Shown in pieces: positions 21,248 to 33,384 of a stretch of 64,000 nucleotides of DNA. The position numbers and the translations under genes were made by a program. The DNA lies in contig NC_079167.1 of assembly GCF_947568905.1 (NCBI RefSeq), forward strand, positions 68,944,001 to 69,008,000, given 5' to 3'. Positions within the stretch are counted from its first letter, which is position 1. The number at the start of each line of letters is the position of its first letter. The notes below the pieces were generated by a model. That model had not been told where the DNA came from, searched no databases, and saw nothing but the letters and a program-made list of their open reading frames with translations. Source of the stretch: Ostrea edulis. Lineage: Eukaryota.

Positions 21248-24200
21248 TCAGCTGTTAACCTTTACAAACACTTTTGGACGGTTGAATATTTTCTTCGCTT
21301 CATCAATTTCTGCTATTTTCCCCTCTAGTTCCTGTTTCTGTGACCTGATTCTGAAAGTGTCCATGCGGAGTGGTAGAGCACTTAACTCATTCACAAGCTC
21401 CTTTTCCTCTGAAAGTGTAAAGTTTCAATTGTACTACACAGATACTGGCAAACTACTGAATTTTCTTGTTAATGACATTACTAAATTTTAAATTTAAAAA
21501 AAAATAATAAACCGAATATTTTAACTGTATCAGTATTTGTACACATTTTTAACAGCATTTTAACATTTGTACATGTACATGTAACAAGCACAGTATTAAG
21601 ACAATCAGATTCCAAATTCAAACTGGAACATCTACAGTGAAACCTGTATAATCCGACATGTCTAATCTGATATATACAGTGAAACCTGTCTAATCCAACA
21701 TGTCTAATCTGATACATACAGTGAAACCTGTCTAATCTGACATGTCTAATCTGATATATACAGTAAAACCTGTCTAATCTGATATATATACAGTGAAACC
21801 TATCTAATCCGACATGTCTAATCTGATATATACGGTAAAACCTGTCTAATCCAACATGTCTAATCTGATAAATACAGTAAAACATGTCTAATCTGACATG
21901 TCTAATCTGATATATACAGTGAAACCTGTATAATCCGGCATGTCTAATCTGATATATACAGTAAAACCTGTCTAATCCGACATGTCTAATCTGATATATA
22001 AGGTGAAACCTGTCTAATCTGACATGCCTAATCTGATAAATACAGTAAAACCTGTCTAATCCGACATGTCTAATCTGATATATACGGTGAAACCTGTCTA
22101 ATCTGATATATACAGTAAAACCTGTCTAATCTGACATGCCTAATCTGATATATACAGTAAAACCTGTCTAATCTGACATGCACCTCGAGACAGAATTTTC
22201 TGTCAGAATACAATGTGTCAGAATAAACAGTGTAAAACAATGAAAATATGAAATTGAGAATGAAAACAAGGGTCGGAATGCCCAGGTGTCGAATTAGGCA
22301 ATTTTCACATTATATGTCGTTCTCTCTAAGTTCGAGCGTTTCTTGTCGTTCTCTCTACACGTTTGTTACAGTTACTTCTAACTTAGTTTGAGCGTTTCTT
22401 GTCGTTCTTTCTACACGTTTGTTACAGTTACTTCTAACTTAGTTTGAGCGTTTCTTGTCGTTCTCTCTAAATGTTTGTTATAGTTACTTCTAACTTAGTT
22501 TGAGCGTTTCTTGTCGTTCTTTCTACACGTTTGTTACAGTTACTTCTAACTTAGTTTGAGCGTTTCTTGTCGTTCTCTCTAAATGTTTGTTATAGTTACT
22601 TCTAACTTAGTTTGAGCGTTTCTTGTCGTTCTCTCTACATCTTTGTTACAGTTACTTCTAACTTAGTTTGAGCGTTTCTTGTCGTTCTCTCTAAACGTTT
22701 GTTACAGTTACTTCTAACTTAGTTTGAGCGTTTCTTGTCGTTCTCTCTAAATGTTTGTTATAGTTACTTCTAACTTAGTTTGAGCGTTTCTTGTTGTTCT
22801 TTCTACACGTTTGTTATAGTTACTTCTAACTTAGTTTGAGCGTTTCTTGTCGTTCTTTCTACACGTTTGTTACAGTTACTTCTAACTTAGTTTGAGCGTT
22901 TCTTGTCGTTCTCTCTACATCTTTGTTACAGTTACTTCTAACTTAGTTTGAGCGTTTCTTGTCGTTCTTTCTACATGTTTGTTACAGTTACTTCTAACTT
23001 AGTTTGAGCGTTTCTTGTCGTTCTCTCTACATCTTTGTTACAGTTACTTCTAACTTAGTTTGAGCGTTTCTTGTCGTTCTTTCTACATCTTTGTTACAGT
23101 TACTTCTAACTTAGTTTGAGCGTTTCTTGTCGTTCTCTCTACATCTTTGTTACAGTTACTTCTAACTTAGTTTGAGCGTTTCTTGTCGTTCTCTCTACAT
23201 CTTTGTTGCAGTTACTTCTAACTTAGTTTGAGCGTTTCTTGTCGTTCTCTCTACATGTTGGTTACAGTTACTTCTAACTTAGTTTGAGCGTTTCTTGTCG
23301 TTCTCTCTACATCTTTGTTACAGTTACTTCTAACTTAGTTTGAGCGTTTCTTGTCGTTCTCTCTACATGTTGGTTACAGTTACTTCTAACTTAGTTTGAG
23401 CGTTTCTTGTCGTTCTCTCTACATCTTTGTTACAGTTACTTCTAACTTAGTTTGAGCGTTTCTTGTCGTTCTCTCTACATGTTGGTTACAGTTACTTCTA
23501 ACTTAGTTTGAGCGTTTCTTGTCGTTCTCTCTACATGTTGGTTACAGTTACTTCTAACTTAGTTTGAGCGTTTCTTGTCGTTCTCTCTACATCTTTGTTA
23601 CAGTTACTTCTAACTTAGTTTGAGCGTTTCTTGTCGTTCTTTCTACATGTTTGTTACAGTTACTTCTAACTTAGTTTGAGCGTTTCTTGTCGTTCTCTCT
23701 ACATGTTGGTTACAGTTACTTCTAACTTAGTTTGAGCGTTTCTTGTCGTTCTTTCTACATGTTTGTTACAGTTACTTCTAACTTAGTTTGAGCGTTTCTT
23801 GTCGTTCTTTCTACATGTTTGTTACAGTTACTTACTTGTTAGCAGAAGTTTGAGCGTTTCATGTCGTTCTTTCTCTGGCAGCAGACGGTGACCTGGGGGC
23901 ATCTCGGGGTCAGGGGTATTAGCTACCCGGTCCTCTTCTGTTTTCTTCCACTGCTCCTTGCGTACTTGGAGACTGAGAAAATGAAACACAAGTGTAATTT
24001 TCTAAGCTAATTTTGTTTACTTCTATGAATACAGTATTTGTTTAATTCTTGAATAATGCTAGTGAGTGAAAACTGAAAACAAATATAATGTACATGTACT
24101 AACTTGCTGATGGTACCTGTGATAACACCTAGTAATATTTCTGTTTTATTGTACATACTATTTCGGGACAGCTCCTCTGCGATGCTTATTGTACTCTTCT

Positions 24201-25700
24201 TCTTCTTTTTTCTTCAGGTCATCCAAAGCATTCACACTAGGACTTCTCTTTATTGTTTGATGCTTTGCTGATATTCCATTGACTCTGATAAAGTCTACAT
24301 CATTTCTATTAAATTTAATCTGCAAATGTAAAAGCATCCCATTATACATGTATTTCTGCTATTACCCAACTGCTGTATTACAAGTAGCTCCCTGCAAAAA
24401 CAACATTATATTTTTAAGTTAACAACATGAATTCAATTTCAAAGTTTAAAAAACTGAATCATAGACACAGGTATACATATATCAAATGTTGGATTAATAA
24501 ACATCAGCTGATTTTATAACAGTCACAAATCCGCCTGCAATGGGTACCCAAAATAACCGAAAACCATGGGTCATGTTGTTCAGGTCGGGTTTGGTTCCAT
24601 TTTTCGTATTTCGGTTCGGGTCTGGTTTTTACAACATATAGAAGTCCATTTAAACAAAATCTAGTCAAAATCCTCAAAGGTGGCTGTATTTTGATTAATT
24701 GTTAGATGATGGCATTGTGGACTAAACAATGACAGTATGTAAGATATGTCAGACGTATTTATAATATGCCACAGGATCAACATCGTCAATGACAAAACAT
24801 TGAAAGCAAGGAATTGAAATGAGTAGAAGTGACAATGCTGTTTCTAGTACCATGGATGTCGAGTCTAAACCACAGTCCACGTCCCCGAGTAATTACTGTA
24901 ACAAAATATAATAAAGGTTTTTGATTTAACTGTATATTAGATTTTTAAAATAGTTATATAGACCCGGACCGAAATACCCGAACCCAAAGTAAATTTTTTT
25001 AGAACCGACCCAACCCAAAAGTTTTGAAATCGTGACAGACCTAGTCACAAATGATTAGAGTTAATTAAACCAATAAACATAAACATACACTGGAATGATG
25101 TCACTAATTCGTCGACACCGCAGTGTTTAAAATTAATGCTTTATATTAAGTCACAAATGGCTACCAAAACTCTAATCAATGCAATTTTCAATACCATACA
25201 TAGTCTATGATGACTAAGAAGTGATTACTAGTATGTAAATCTATCAATGTTTTCTTATCAGGTATTGAATAAATTTTGATTTTCAGTTATAGTTTAACAA
25301 AATTATGAAAATCCTATATTTATATTGAATCACATTTGTGGTATTGTACCAATTTTGGGTCTGAGCCTCAAGTTTTCTTGGGAAGCAGTTCGTTACCATG
25401 CAGAAAAGTTAATCTGAAGTCGTTCAGTGATATGCAAGACTTACTTCACTTGAACACCTGGCTGGAGGAACAGTCAATTTTTCTGCTGGAGGGTCCGGGG
25501 TGCAGGGGCGAGAGATGTTTTTGATCGAAGGACCTGTTCTTGAGTGTGCTCGGAGAAATGTAGCAGACTTTGGCCTTGGAGCAGATGGAGGCCTCTGTTC
25601 ATAAAATAAAAATTGATACATATCTCATACATAACTTGATACCCAAACTAAGGAAAATTAACTTCAATGCTTTTTGATAAAATGTTTTGGATTACTATTC

Positions 25701-25763
<63 letters not shown>

Positions 25764-27745
25764 AGTCAGTCAAACCTGTATATCTTCCTTGATTTTTGAT
25801 GTAATCCCACTATATTTTTCAGATTTCCATAAAGCTTTAACTGGTTGGTGTGCACTGGCTTCTCTTTCTCTGGACTGTCTCTGAATTTGCCTCATCCTCT
25901 TCACATTTTCACTCAAATGGTCCCGCATTCTACTCTCTAATAACAAACATAATTATCTGGTCAATGGAATATGTATGAATTTATAGCTATACAAGAAACA
26001 TCTATTATTGAACTGCCTTGAATTATGGAACTGATATGTTAGCATAAGCCACTACTATTATAATAACTACTGTACACTTTATGTAAAGTTTTAAGACAAG
26101 TCAGTATTTCATTATGATTGATTTTAGCTTATCACAGAACAGATTTTCGGTAAGAAATTCAGAGAAAATTTGCCAAAATCAGACAGGTTGGCATCTCTGT
26201 AAACCTTCTGGAAAGATCAAGAGTTGAAATTGCTTGCCCAGTCAATCCAGTACACCTGGGAATTCAATTTTCTATTTGTCTCACTTTAATATAGAATTAT
26301 AATGTAACAGATTTTGTGTTATCAATTTACCTGAGCGTCCTCCATATGGCATTTGCCCATAGCTACTACCAGTAACCATCATCATACCTCCCCCATGCAT
26401 GGCTGATGTTGGATTTAAATACACTGATCAAGAAAGATTTTTTCCTCACTTAATGAACCAAATCTGCAAAACAATATATATATATCACAAGATGATGACC
26501 AGGAGCTGGTAATTTTGCCAGTAATAATGACAGTAGGGGATCTGTACTATACCACTTATTAGGGGGCAATATAGTATATACCTTTACCACTATCATTACA
26601 GACAAAATTACGGGTTCCTGCACAAGGGCATCTTATCCACTCTGTTCATTATCACACATATATAATAAATACGTACATTCAATTATCATCTGTGTGACAG
26701 AAAACAGAGCAAATAAGCTGACCCTGTGATGATGAGAGGAAATCTAACCTTATTTTTGTTATTCAAATACTCATAATGGCCACAGGTGCTTGGGTCATAA
26801 TATATATGAATACACATCCTAACCTTTATTCTCTTTAGAGAAGTCGAAAGGCATAGCCTTCATCGACTTCTCTTTGCAAGCATTCATGTTTTGATTCTGG
26901 AAAACGTGTAAATGCCGGAGTCGGTGACAGTTTAAGCTTCGAACGACGTTTCGACTCAGATGTGCCTGGATTTACGCGATAGACAACTTGTTTTCAAAAA
27001 TTCAATAGCAATACACAAAACCGTCACAAGGAAATCAAAACTTACTTGCTTTAAATCCATTTTCAACATGCCCCTGTGACAGCTCCCAAGACCAGTTAAC
27101 GTAAACCTGGGACAGGGGACATGTTGAAAATGGATTAAAAGCAACTAAGTGTTGATTTCCTTGTGACAGTTTTGTGCATTACTGCTAAATGTTTGAAAAC
27201 AAGTTGTCTATTGCGTAAATCCAGGCAATCTGAGTCGAAACGTCGGTCGAAGCATAAACCGTCACCGACTCCGGCATTTACGTTTTCCAGAATCAAAATA
27301 TGAATGCTTGCGAAGAGAAGTCGATGAAGGCTATGCCTCTCGACTTCTCTAAAGAGAATACCTTACCTTATACATATATGTAAATAAACATATATGTATA
27401 AGGTTAGATATGTATTCATATATTATGACCCAAGCACTAATGGCCGGGTGAAAGCAAAATTTTACTTTCTGCTTTGGTATTATAACATAAGTAATCAGAA
27501 ATGCTCTTGCCTTGTTAAGCTACATGCACTGAATGCGTAGCTTAGCTCATCCAAGTTTTTTTTTTTTTTTTAATGCGTGGGTTGTTTCTCAGACATAAAA
27601 TCAAATGTCATTTATTTATGTCTCTGATTGTAAATAGAAAATCTTAATCTCTAATTATAAATCCATCAAAAGTGATAGATCTAACAATTGGGGGTATTTG
27701 ACAAATGAAGTGGTTTCTATACACGCCAAAACACATACCTGCCAT
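21248..27745 (-). CDS. ENKD1: Enkurin domain-containing protein 1, 7 exons, about 289 aa
   Basis: Exons 27745..27739 (ATGGCAG|gt, tentative), 26423..26331, 25936..25776, 25594..25445, 24319..24159, 23972..23836, 21408..21248. Motifs DHLSENVKRMRQIQ, PVKALWKSEKY, GAVPKYL...W...PDPEMPPGH...ER.ETL, KIFNRPKVFVK match ENKD1. Confidence 0.88.
21633..22313. repeat. 42-bp minisatellite made from the amplified left TIR of a TA-flanked (Tc1/mariner-type) MITE
   Basis: Unit TACAGTGAAACCTGTCTAATCCGACATGTCTAATCTGATATA, about 13-14 copies with some shortened, 21633-22180; degenerate right TIR GTGTCGAATTAGGCAATTTTCAC near 22286-22313. Confidence 0.8.
22316..23835. repeat. 56-bp minisatellite, about 27 copies, derived from the ENKD1 exon 6/intron 6 junction
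   Basis: Plus-strand unit TTCTAACTTAGTTTGAGCGTTTCTTGTCGTTCTCTCTACATCTTTGTTACAGTTAC; it matches the 3' end of the exon (23850-23877) plus the start of the intron. Confidence 0.95.
24531..25043. mobile_element. hAT-like MITE with a damaged left end, in an ENKD1 intron
   Basis: Right end CGTGACAGACCTA; direct repeat GTCACAAA(T) at 24522 and 25044; internal CCGAA/ACCCG subrepeats. Confidence 0.5.
25702..25762. repeat. (GA)n microsatellite, about 30 units
   Basis: Direct reading; 14 nt from the ENKD1 exon 3 donor. Confidence 0.95.
26827..27360. mobile_element. Foldback/MITE element, about 530 bp near-palindrome, inside an older inverted-repeat element (26778-27445)
   Basis: TATTCTCTTTAGAGAAGTCGA...TCGACTTCTCTAAAGAGAATA with ~250-bp complementary arms; outer arms GTGCTTGGGTCATAATATA / TATATTATGACCCAAGCAC. 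Confidence 0.85.
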
Positions 27746-28047
27746 ATTGAAAGTCACGTGACCAATTTTGAACTGTTCTCAAGATGAAATAGAAAATATA
27801 ATTCAAAGTAGTTGCCAAATATAATAGAAAATTCTAAAATTCTTTCGATTATGAAACTAAAATAGAAATTCTTTCTGAAAAAAAAAAATTAGATAAGGAT
27901 CTCGAAGTAAACGAGAGCTTGTATTGTCTAGGTAACATAAACATCCGGTTTAGAGAAACGGAGCGAAAACATGGAAGATGTTTCGGCAATCGTTTTATTT
28001 GTCCGTGCATAGTTAATAGATTGGTTGTACAATATTAAAAATCAAAA
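27746..28047. promoter_or_regulatory. Bidirectional promoter region of ENKD1 and the C2orf81-like gene, with E-box (27754-27763) and X-box-like motif (27923-27936)
   Basis: Divergent ATGs with 302 bp between them; GTCACGTGAC palindrome; ATTGTCTAGGTAAC resembles the RFX X-box. Confidence 0.55.
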
Positions 28048-31000
28048 ATGTCGCGAGCTGCCGTGTCTAAATCACGGGCAGACAAGGGTTCAAAGCCTCC
28101 ACCTGCACACACACCGGTGGTTGCACATGAAATTGTTCCAGGGAAATTCACTGATCAAGATTGGTATGCAAACACTGTCTTTCGTTGCTTTTGAAAGTTT
28201 TATCTATACGTTTGTATCCGCCAATTTGAAGGTAGTGTCACTATTGTATACTCCAAGACCTGATACTCACAGAATTCTAACAATCAAACTATGATTAATC
28301 AGATCATGAATCACCATTTGTATGCTCAATTATTTTACAGGAATTTTATGCTTGATAAAGATGGTACAGAGGATTTCATTGAAGATATTATGGAGGAGTT
28401 GGTGGATACCACAATGGATAAAATATATGATATTTATGTAGATAAACAACTCCTTCCATTCACAGTTACAATGGCAAAAGATGCAATTCTTCAAATCATT
28501 GATGTAAGATTTATTGGATGTAAAAAATCGTAGAGATTTGATTTATAGATACTACCTAGTTTTTGCTACAACAGTGTTGACATGGACATTTGTATCTTAA
28601 CGATGAATAGTTTGATTTATTATTGATTTTTATATTATCATTTTATATTTTAGTGGCAGTTTCTTGCACGAGATGAAGGAGAAGTGAATATTGAAGCTGA
28701 TGCTGGATGGATGGAAGACGAAGGTAAAATATTCACACTGGGGAAAAAAATCATATTTATTGTCCGGCTTAGGTATAAATGTGCATTGTGTAACACTTGT
28801 ACTTTTAGAGCCAGACCCTGCCTCCACAGATTGCTGGGCTCAGGGATCTGTACCAAAACAAATCATTCCTCCAAGACCAATTTCTCCTGTGGCAGAAATC
28901 TTTGATGAAAGGCCTGATGATGAGGATGAAGATGTTTCACCACTGTTAGTATTCCTTGATAAAATGGCTTAGATCTTCTATGTATATTTGATTATTAAGA
29001 TGTATTTATTGTGTTGATATTAAATTGATTCTTTAGATTTTTTTTTAATATTACATCTACAGAGTAGGTTATTAATCTACATAAAACATGATAAATACAG
29101 TAGAATATTAAAGAAATGGGTATTATGCGAAAGATCCTGAAAAAACCATTCTGATCAATCTATAATGTGTAGGCCCAAGAAGGAAGATACAAAAGTGGAG
29201 GAAGAGGAACCAGAGATGGAAGACAAAGTCTCAGAGGCAGAGGAAGAAAGTACGGATAAAAAAGTCAAGATCCAACCCAAAGAGGTATAACAGTACTGTA
29301 GTCGTACTATAATAGAATATTATAGACTATATATTACATCAAGGATGCTGGTAATGAATACTTTTATAAAGTATTTTACTTCATGATTAATTTTTGTATG
29401 TAAAACTAATTCCAAATTTTGATGTCCCTATGTAGAATATTGTAAGTTTTGTATATTTAATGCAATGTAAAAAGAATTTGATTTGAGAATACTTTTTTAA
29501 CCTGCATTTTAACATATTAGGAAAAGAAAGAGAAGAAGCGGTTCAAATTCAAACCATACAAAGGTAGACTTGGCTCCAGTCATGTTAGCAGGATGTCTGA
29601 ATCATTGGAAGAAACAGAGATGAAAATGGTAGCAGCTGAAATTGAGGCCAGTTTAGAATTCAAACAAATGGATAAAGCCAGCGGTCTTCTTAATATGCCA
29701 GCTTCGTGTCATTCAATTCTCAAAGTAAGTTCTTGGGTGAACTATTGTTATGCCCCCAGAATCAAAGATTCGATGGCATATAGTTTTTGGCCTGTTTGTC
29801 TGTGGCAAAAAACTTTTACTCCATAAGAAGTAATTAAAGCTTTCATATTTAGCTGACACCAAAATCTTTGACCTCACCTGGTGACCTTAACATTAACCTA
29901 TGACCTACTTTTACAAAATTCGAATATAAGCCATACTTTCAAATCATAGAGGAGTACTGCTTTTAAATTTAGCATGTGCATTTTTTGTGAAAAGACCTTT
30001 CCAACAATACCAGATAATCCCGTGGGGATCCGGGTTAGAATAGGTCCTCAGTAACCCCTTGCTTGTCGTAAGAGGTGACTAAATGGGGCGGTCCTTTGGA
30101 TGAGACCAAAAAAACTGAGGTCCCGTGTTGCAGCAGGTGTGGCACGATAAAGATCCCTCCCTGCTCAATGGCCATAAGCGTCGAAATTTTGCAGCCCTTC
30201 ACCGGCAGTGGTGACGTCTCCATATGAGTGAAATATTCTCGAGAGGGACGTAAAACAATATTAAATCAATCATTAAATCAATACCAGATTTGTTGACCTT
30301 GTGACCTTAATATTGACCTTTGACATAGTTTTTGGAAATTTTCAAAAAACTTTAAACCTTGGTCATATCTTTTACACCATAAGAGGTAAAGCTTTCATAT
30401 TGTAGTATGAGTATTCTTTCCATTGATTCCAAAATCTTTGACTGGGTGACCTTAACATTGACCTTTGACCTATTTTTGAAAATTCAAATATAAGCCATAT
30501 CTTTCGAATTTATCGTAAGAGGCACTGTTTTTATATTAAGCATGTGCATTTTTTGTGAAAAGACCTTTTTAATGATAATATATTTGTTGACCTTGTGACC
30601 TTGACCTAGTTTTTGAAAATTTAAAAACAAAGTACCATTTCTTACATTTCCACTTTGTTGTAATCTGAGGACATCAGTTTTTCACAAACACATCTTGCCT
30701 TCCTTTTATATTCAACCAGTTACTAGACTGATGAAAAAAACCCATTAATCTGTTAATGGTATCTTTGCAAGCCAAGTGTCCGATTTGCTTATTCTCATCT
30801 CCTTTGCAAGCCAAGTGTACGATTCACTTGGCTTGCGAAGATGTGTTAATGGCTGATATATATACTGTAGATAACTTTGTCTAGTGTAGTCATTTGTCAA
30901 TGCTCTATAAAGGGGAATAACTCTTTCAGGTTCAATCTGGCAGACCACCTGGGAACAAAGATGTGGTTTATGATGAGATGGGAAATGTTTTGGCTGTGAT

Positions 31001-33384
31001 CAAATTGAACCCAGAAAAATTACCATCACATAAGTAAGCATATGCTTTGCTTAGATAACTTGATTTTCAGAAATTGTTATATATTTTAGAGAAAGAGTAA
31101 TCTAATGGAAAGATTGGTCCAAATTTAAAATTACTTATGTATTAAATTGCAGAAGTGTTTGTAGAAAGTTGAATATATCAAACTTATTATACAAAAGTAG
31201 TAATTAGTCAGAAATATATACTATGTACAATGTACATCACAAATATGTGCATCTCCTGACACTTTCCTTCAGCATAGCTTAAAAATTGTCATGTTTCTAA
31301 GATGTTTGTCCTCAGAGAGTATGGACCATATTGTTTAAATGAATTTAAAATATGTAATCATCAATTATTTTAATGTTGCATAAATTTTGAAAATACACTT
31401 GGTTGATTAACTTGATAAATGCAGCCAATGATTTCTAATTTTAAAAGTATCTGTCAAGTTGACATTAAATTTTTGAGGGATTTCAAAATACATGACGTAA
31501 TCACATTCGAAAATGGGAATCAATCTGGGGAAAATGAATTTGATTTAGGATTTTTTCAACATGGAAATGTTTAAAATTTAGGAACAGAAATGACTGCTGG
31601 TACACAGGAGTCTGAAGTTTTATCAATAAAAATCTGGGGGGGGGGGGATTATCCAAGACGATGGATTTTTTTTTCCAGATTGGATATTTTTTTCTTTGGA
31701 TTTTTATTTCAATTTTCATTAATAAAACTTCAGACTCCTGTGGGTGGTACAACTATAGTCCTATATATCTATGAAATAGGAGAGTTTTAACCATTTCTTA
31801 TTTATTGCAGAGTAAAAGTTAATTATCAAGTAGTCGATCCCTCCATTGAAGCCGCTCAGGCCAGATTAGAAGCAATGAGGCATGGAAAATTTATGAAAAT
31901 AAAATTAAAGAAAAAGAAGATGTCTCCAGAAGAATCATTAGATAAATCTATTGGTAAGGTTTGCTTCTGTTAAATAAATAAAACAATTTGGTAAACATTG
32001 ATATGGAAATGTGAGTAATGTAACATTTGATATCATATTTTTTGCAGATGGTGCATCACAGATGGAAACGGAAACAAAAACAGAGTTACCTCCCCCTATG
32101 GTAAGCGAAATAACTTTTTAAAACGAAGACTTCGGTAAATTTATCTAAATAAAAAAAAAATTCATTGGAGTAAATCCTTTTGATGTAACTTAACTGTTGG
32201 TTTGTTTGGTTGACATGGTAACTCATGTTCACAAATGCTAAGATAAGCAGGATTCTGATTGAAACCTTAGGTATTAATTGGGTCAGAAATGAGAAATAAG
32301 TCAATCTGGTTTATAAACCTGAGATTCTGTGTCATATGGTAGGCACTATTGATAGAAATGAGATAAGAGGCTTAATGGTTTTCTCTCCATATTGGTTGAT
32401 AAATCTTTATATCTTGTTAGTTTGATGCTTTAAAGTGACATTTCTATTCATTGTATGCAATCATTCAACCTCTGCATGACAATATATTCTATCAGATTGA
32501 GTCTATGGAACTTGCTCCTGGGGTCACAGTAAAGGAGGGTGGACGAGTTAGAAGAGGGCCAAAGAGGGTAAGTCAGTTCAATCAATATCAACTTACTGTT
32601 AAGTTCTGAAACACGTACGGTACAACTTACTGTTAAGTACCGAAACACGTACGGTACAACTTACTGTTAAGTACCGAAACACGTACGGTGCAACTTACTG
32701 TTAAGTACCGAAACACGTACGGTACAACTTACTGTTAAGTACCGAAACACGTACGGTTCAACTTACTGTTAAGTACCGAAACACGTACGGTACAACTTAC
32801 TGTTAAGTACCGAAACACGTACGGTACAACTTACTGTTAAGTACCGAAACACGTACGGTACATATACATGTACCTCCGGTCAGTTTCATGCACTGTCGAT
32901 ATTGAAGAATTTGCTCATGTCTGGTTTGTTAGTGAAAAGATTAACTTTGTGAAATTTTTTCATGATATACATGCAAGTAATACAACTGTAACTGAGGTAG
33001 TTGTGTGTTTGTAATATATTACAAAGTTTCCAGTTACTGACTACAAAATTATTATATAATACACACACCAAGTAAAATCATAAAAGACAAATCACGAGAC
33101 TAAATATATACTTTTACAGAAGATAAGTTTATACTAGTAACCTTTTACATAAAGGATTCTCTATTGACCAAGAAATTTTATTATTACAGTATGTACGTAA
33201 ATCTGATGTTTTATCAACAAATCTGCAAGGACTACATCCCGTTGCCAACAAGACAACCAAGCCAGCCCTCGAAGTTGTTGATCTGCTCGACAGACACACT
33301 CCCATCTTAAGACCAATCAGAGACTCTCCCCCATTACCCCCTATTGTACCCCACCCTCCTAGTCAGCCCCGAATATCAACATGA
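28048..33384 (+). CDS. C2orf81/DUF4639-like protein, 11 exons, about 455 aa
   Basis: Exons 28048-28163, 28341-28503, 28654-28723, 28809-28944, 29173-29284, 29521-29724, 30930-31033, 31811-31953, 32048-32100, 32496-32567, 33190-33384; phases consistent. EIVPGKFTDQDW...[26 protein letters not shown]...W.EDEEP....TDCWAQGSVP matches the C2orf81 N-terminal domain. AATAAA near 33625. Confidence 0.88.
29735..30700. mobile_element. Helentron-like non-autonomous element with TGACCTT-rich subrepeats, interrupted by a SINE
   Basis: Starts TTATGCCCCCAGAATCAAAGATTCGATGGCATA, ends GACATCAGTTTTTCACAAACACATCTTG; two to three internal subrepeats. Confidence 0.6.
30020..30275 (+). mobile_element. SINE-like element with (AATC)n tail
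   Basis: Near-identical to 44241-44510; flanked by the direct repeat CAATACCAGAT; fragments also at about 1905-1960, 9535-9590 and 63690-63748 (reverse). Confidence 0.85.
32589..32861. repeat. 34-bp minisatellite CAACTTACTGTTAAGTACCGAAACACGTACGGTA, about 8 copies
   Basis: Direct reading; starts about 20 nt after the exon 10 donor. Confidence 0.95.

Noticed and set aside
21481-21885. 134-aa repetitive ORF
   Set aside because: Translation of the 42-bp minisatellite.
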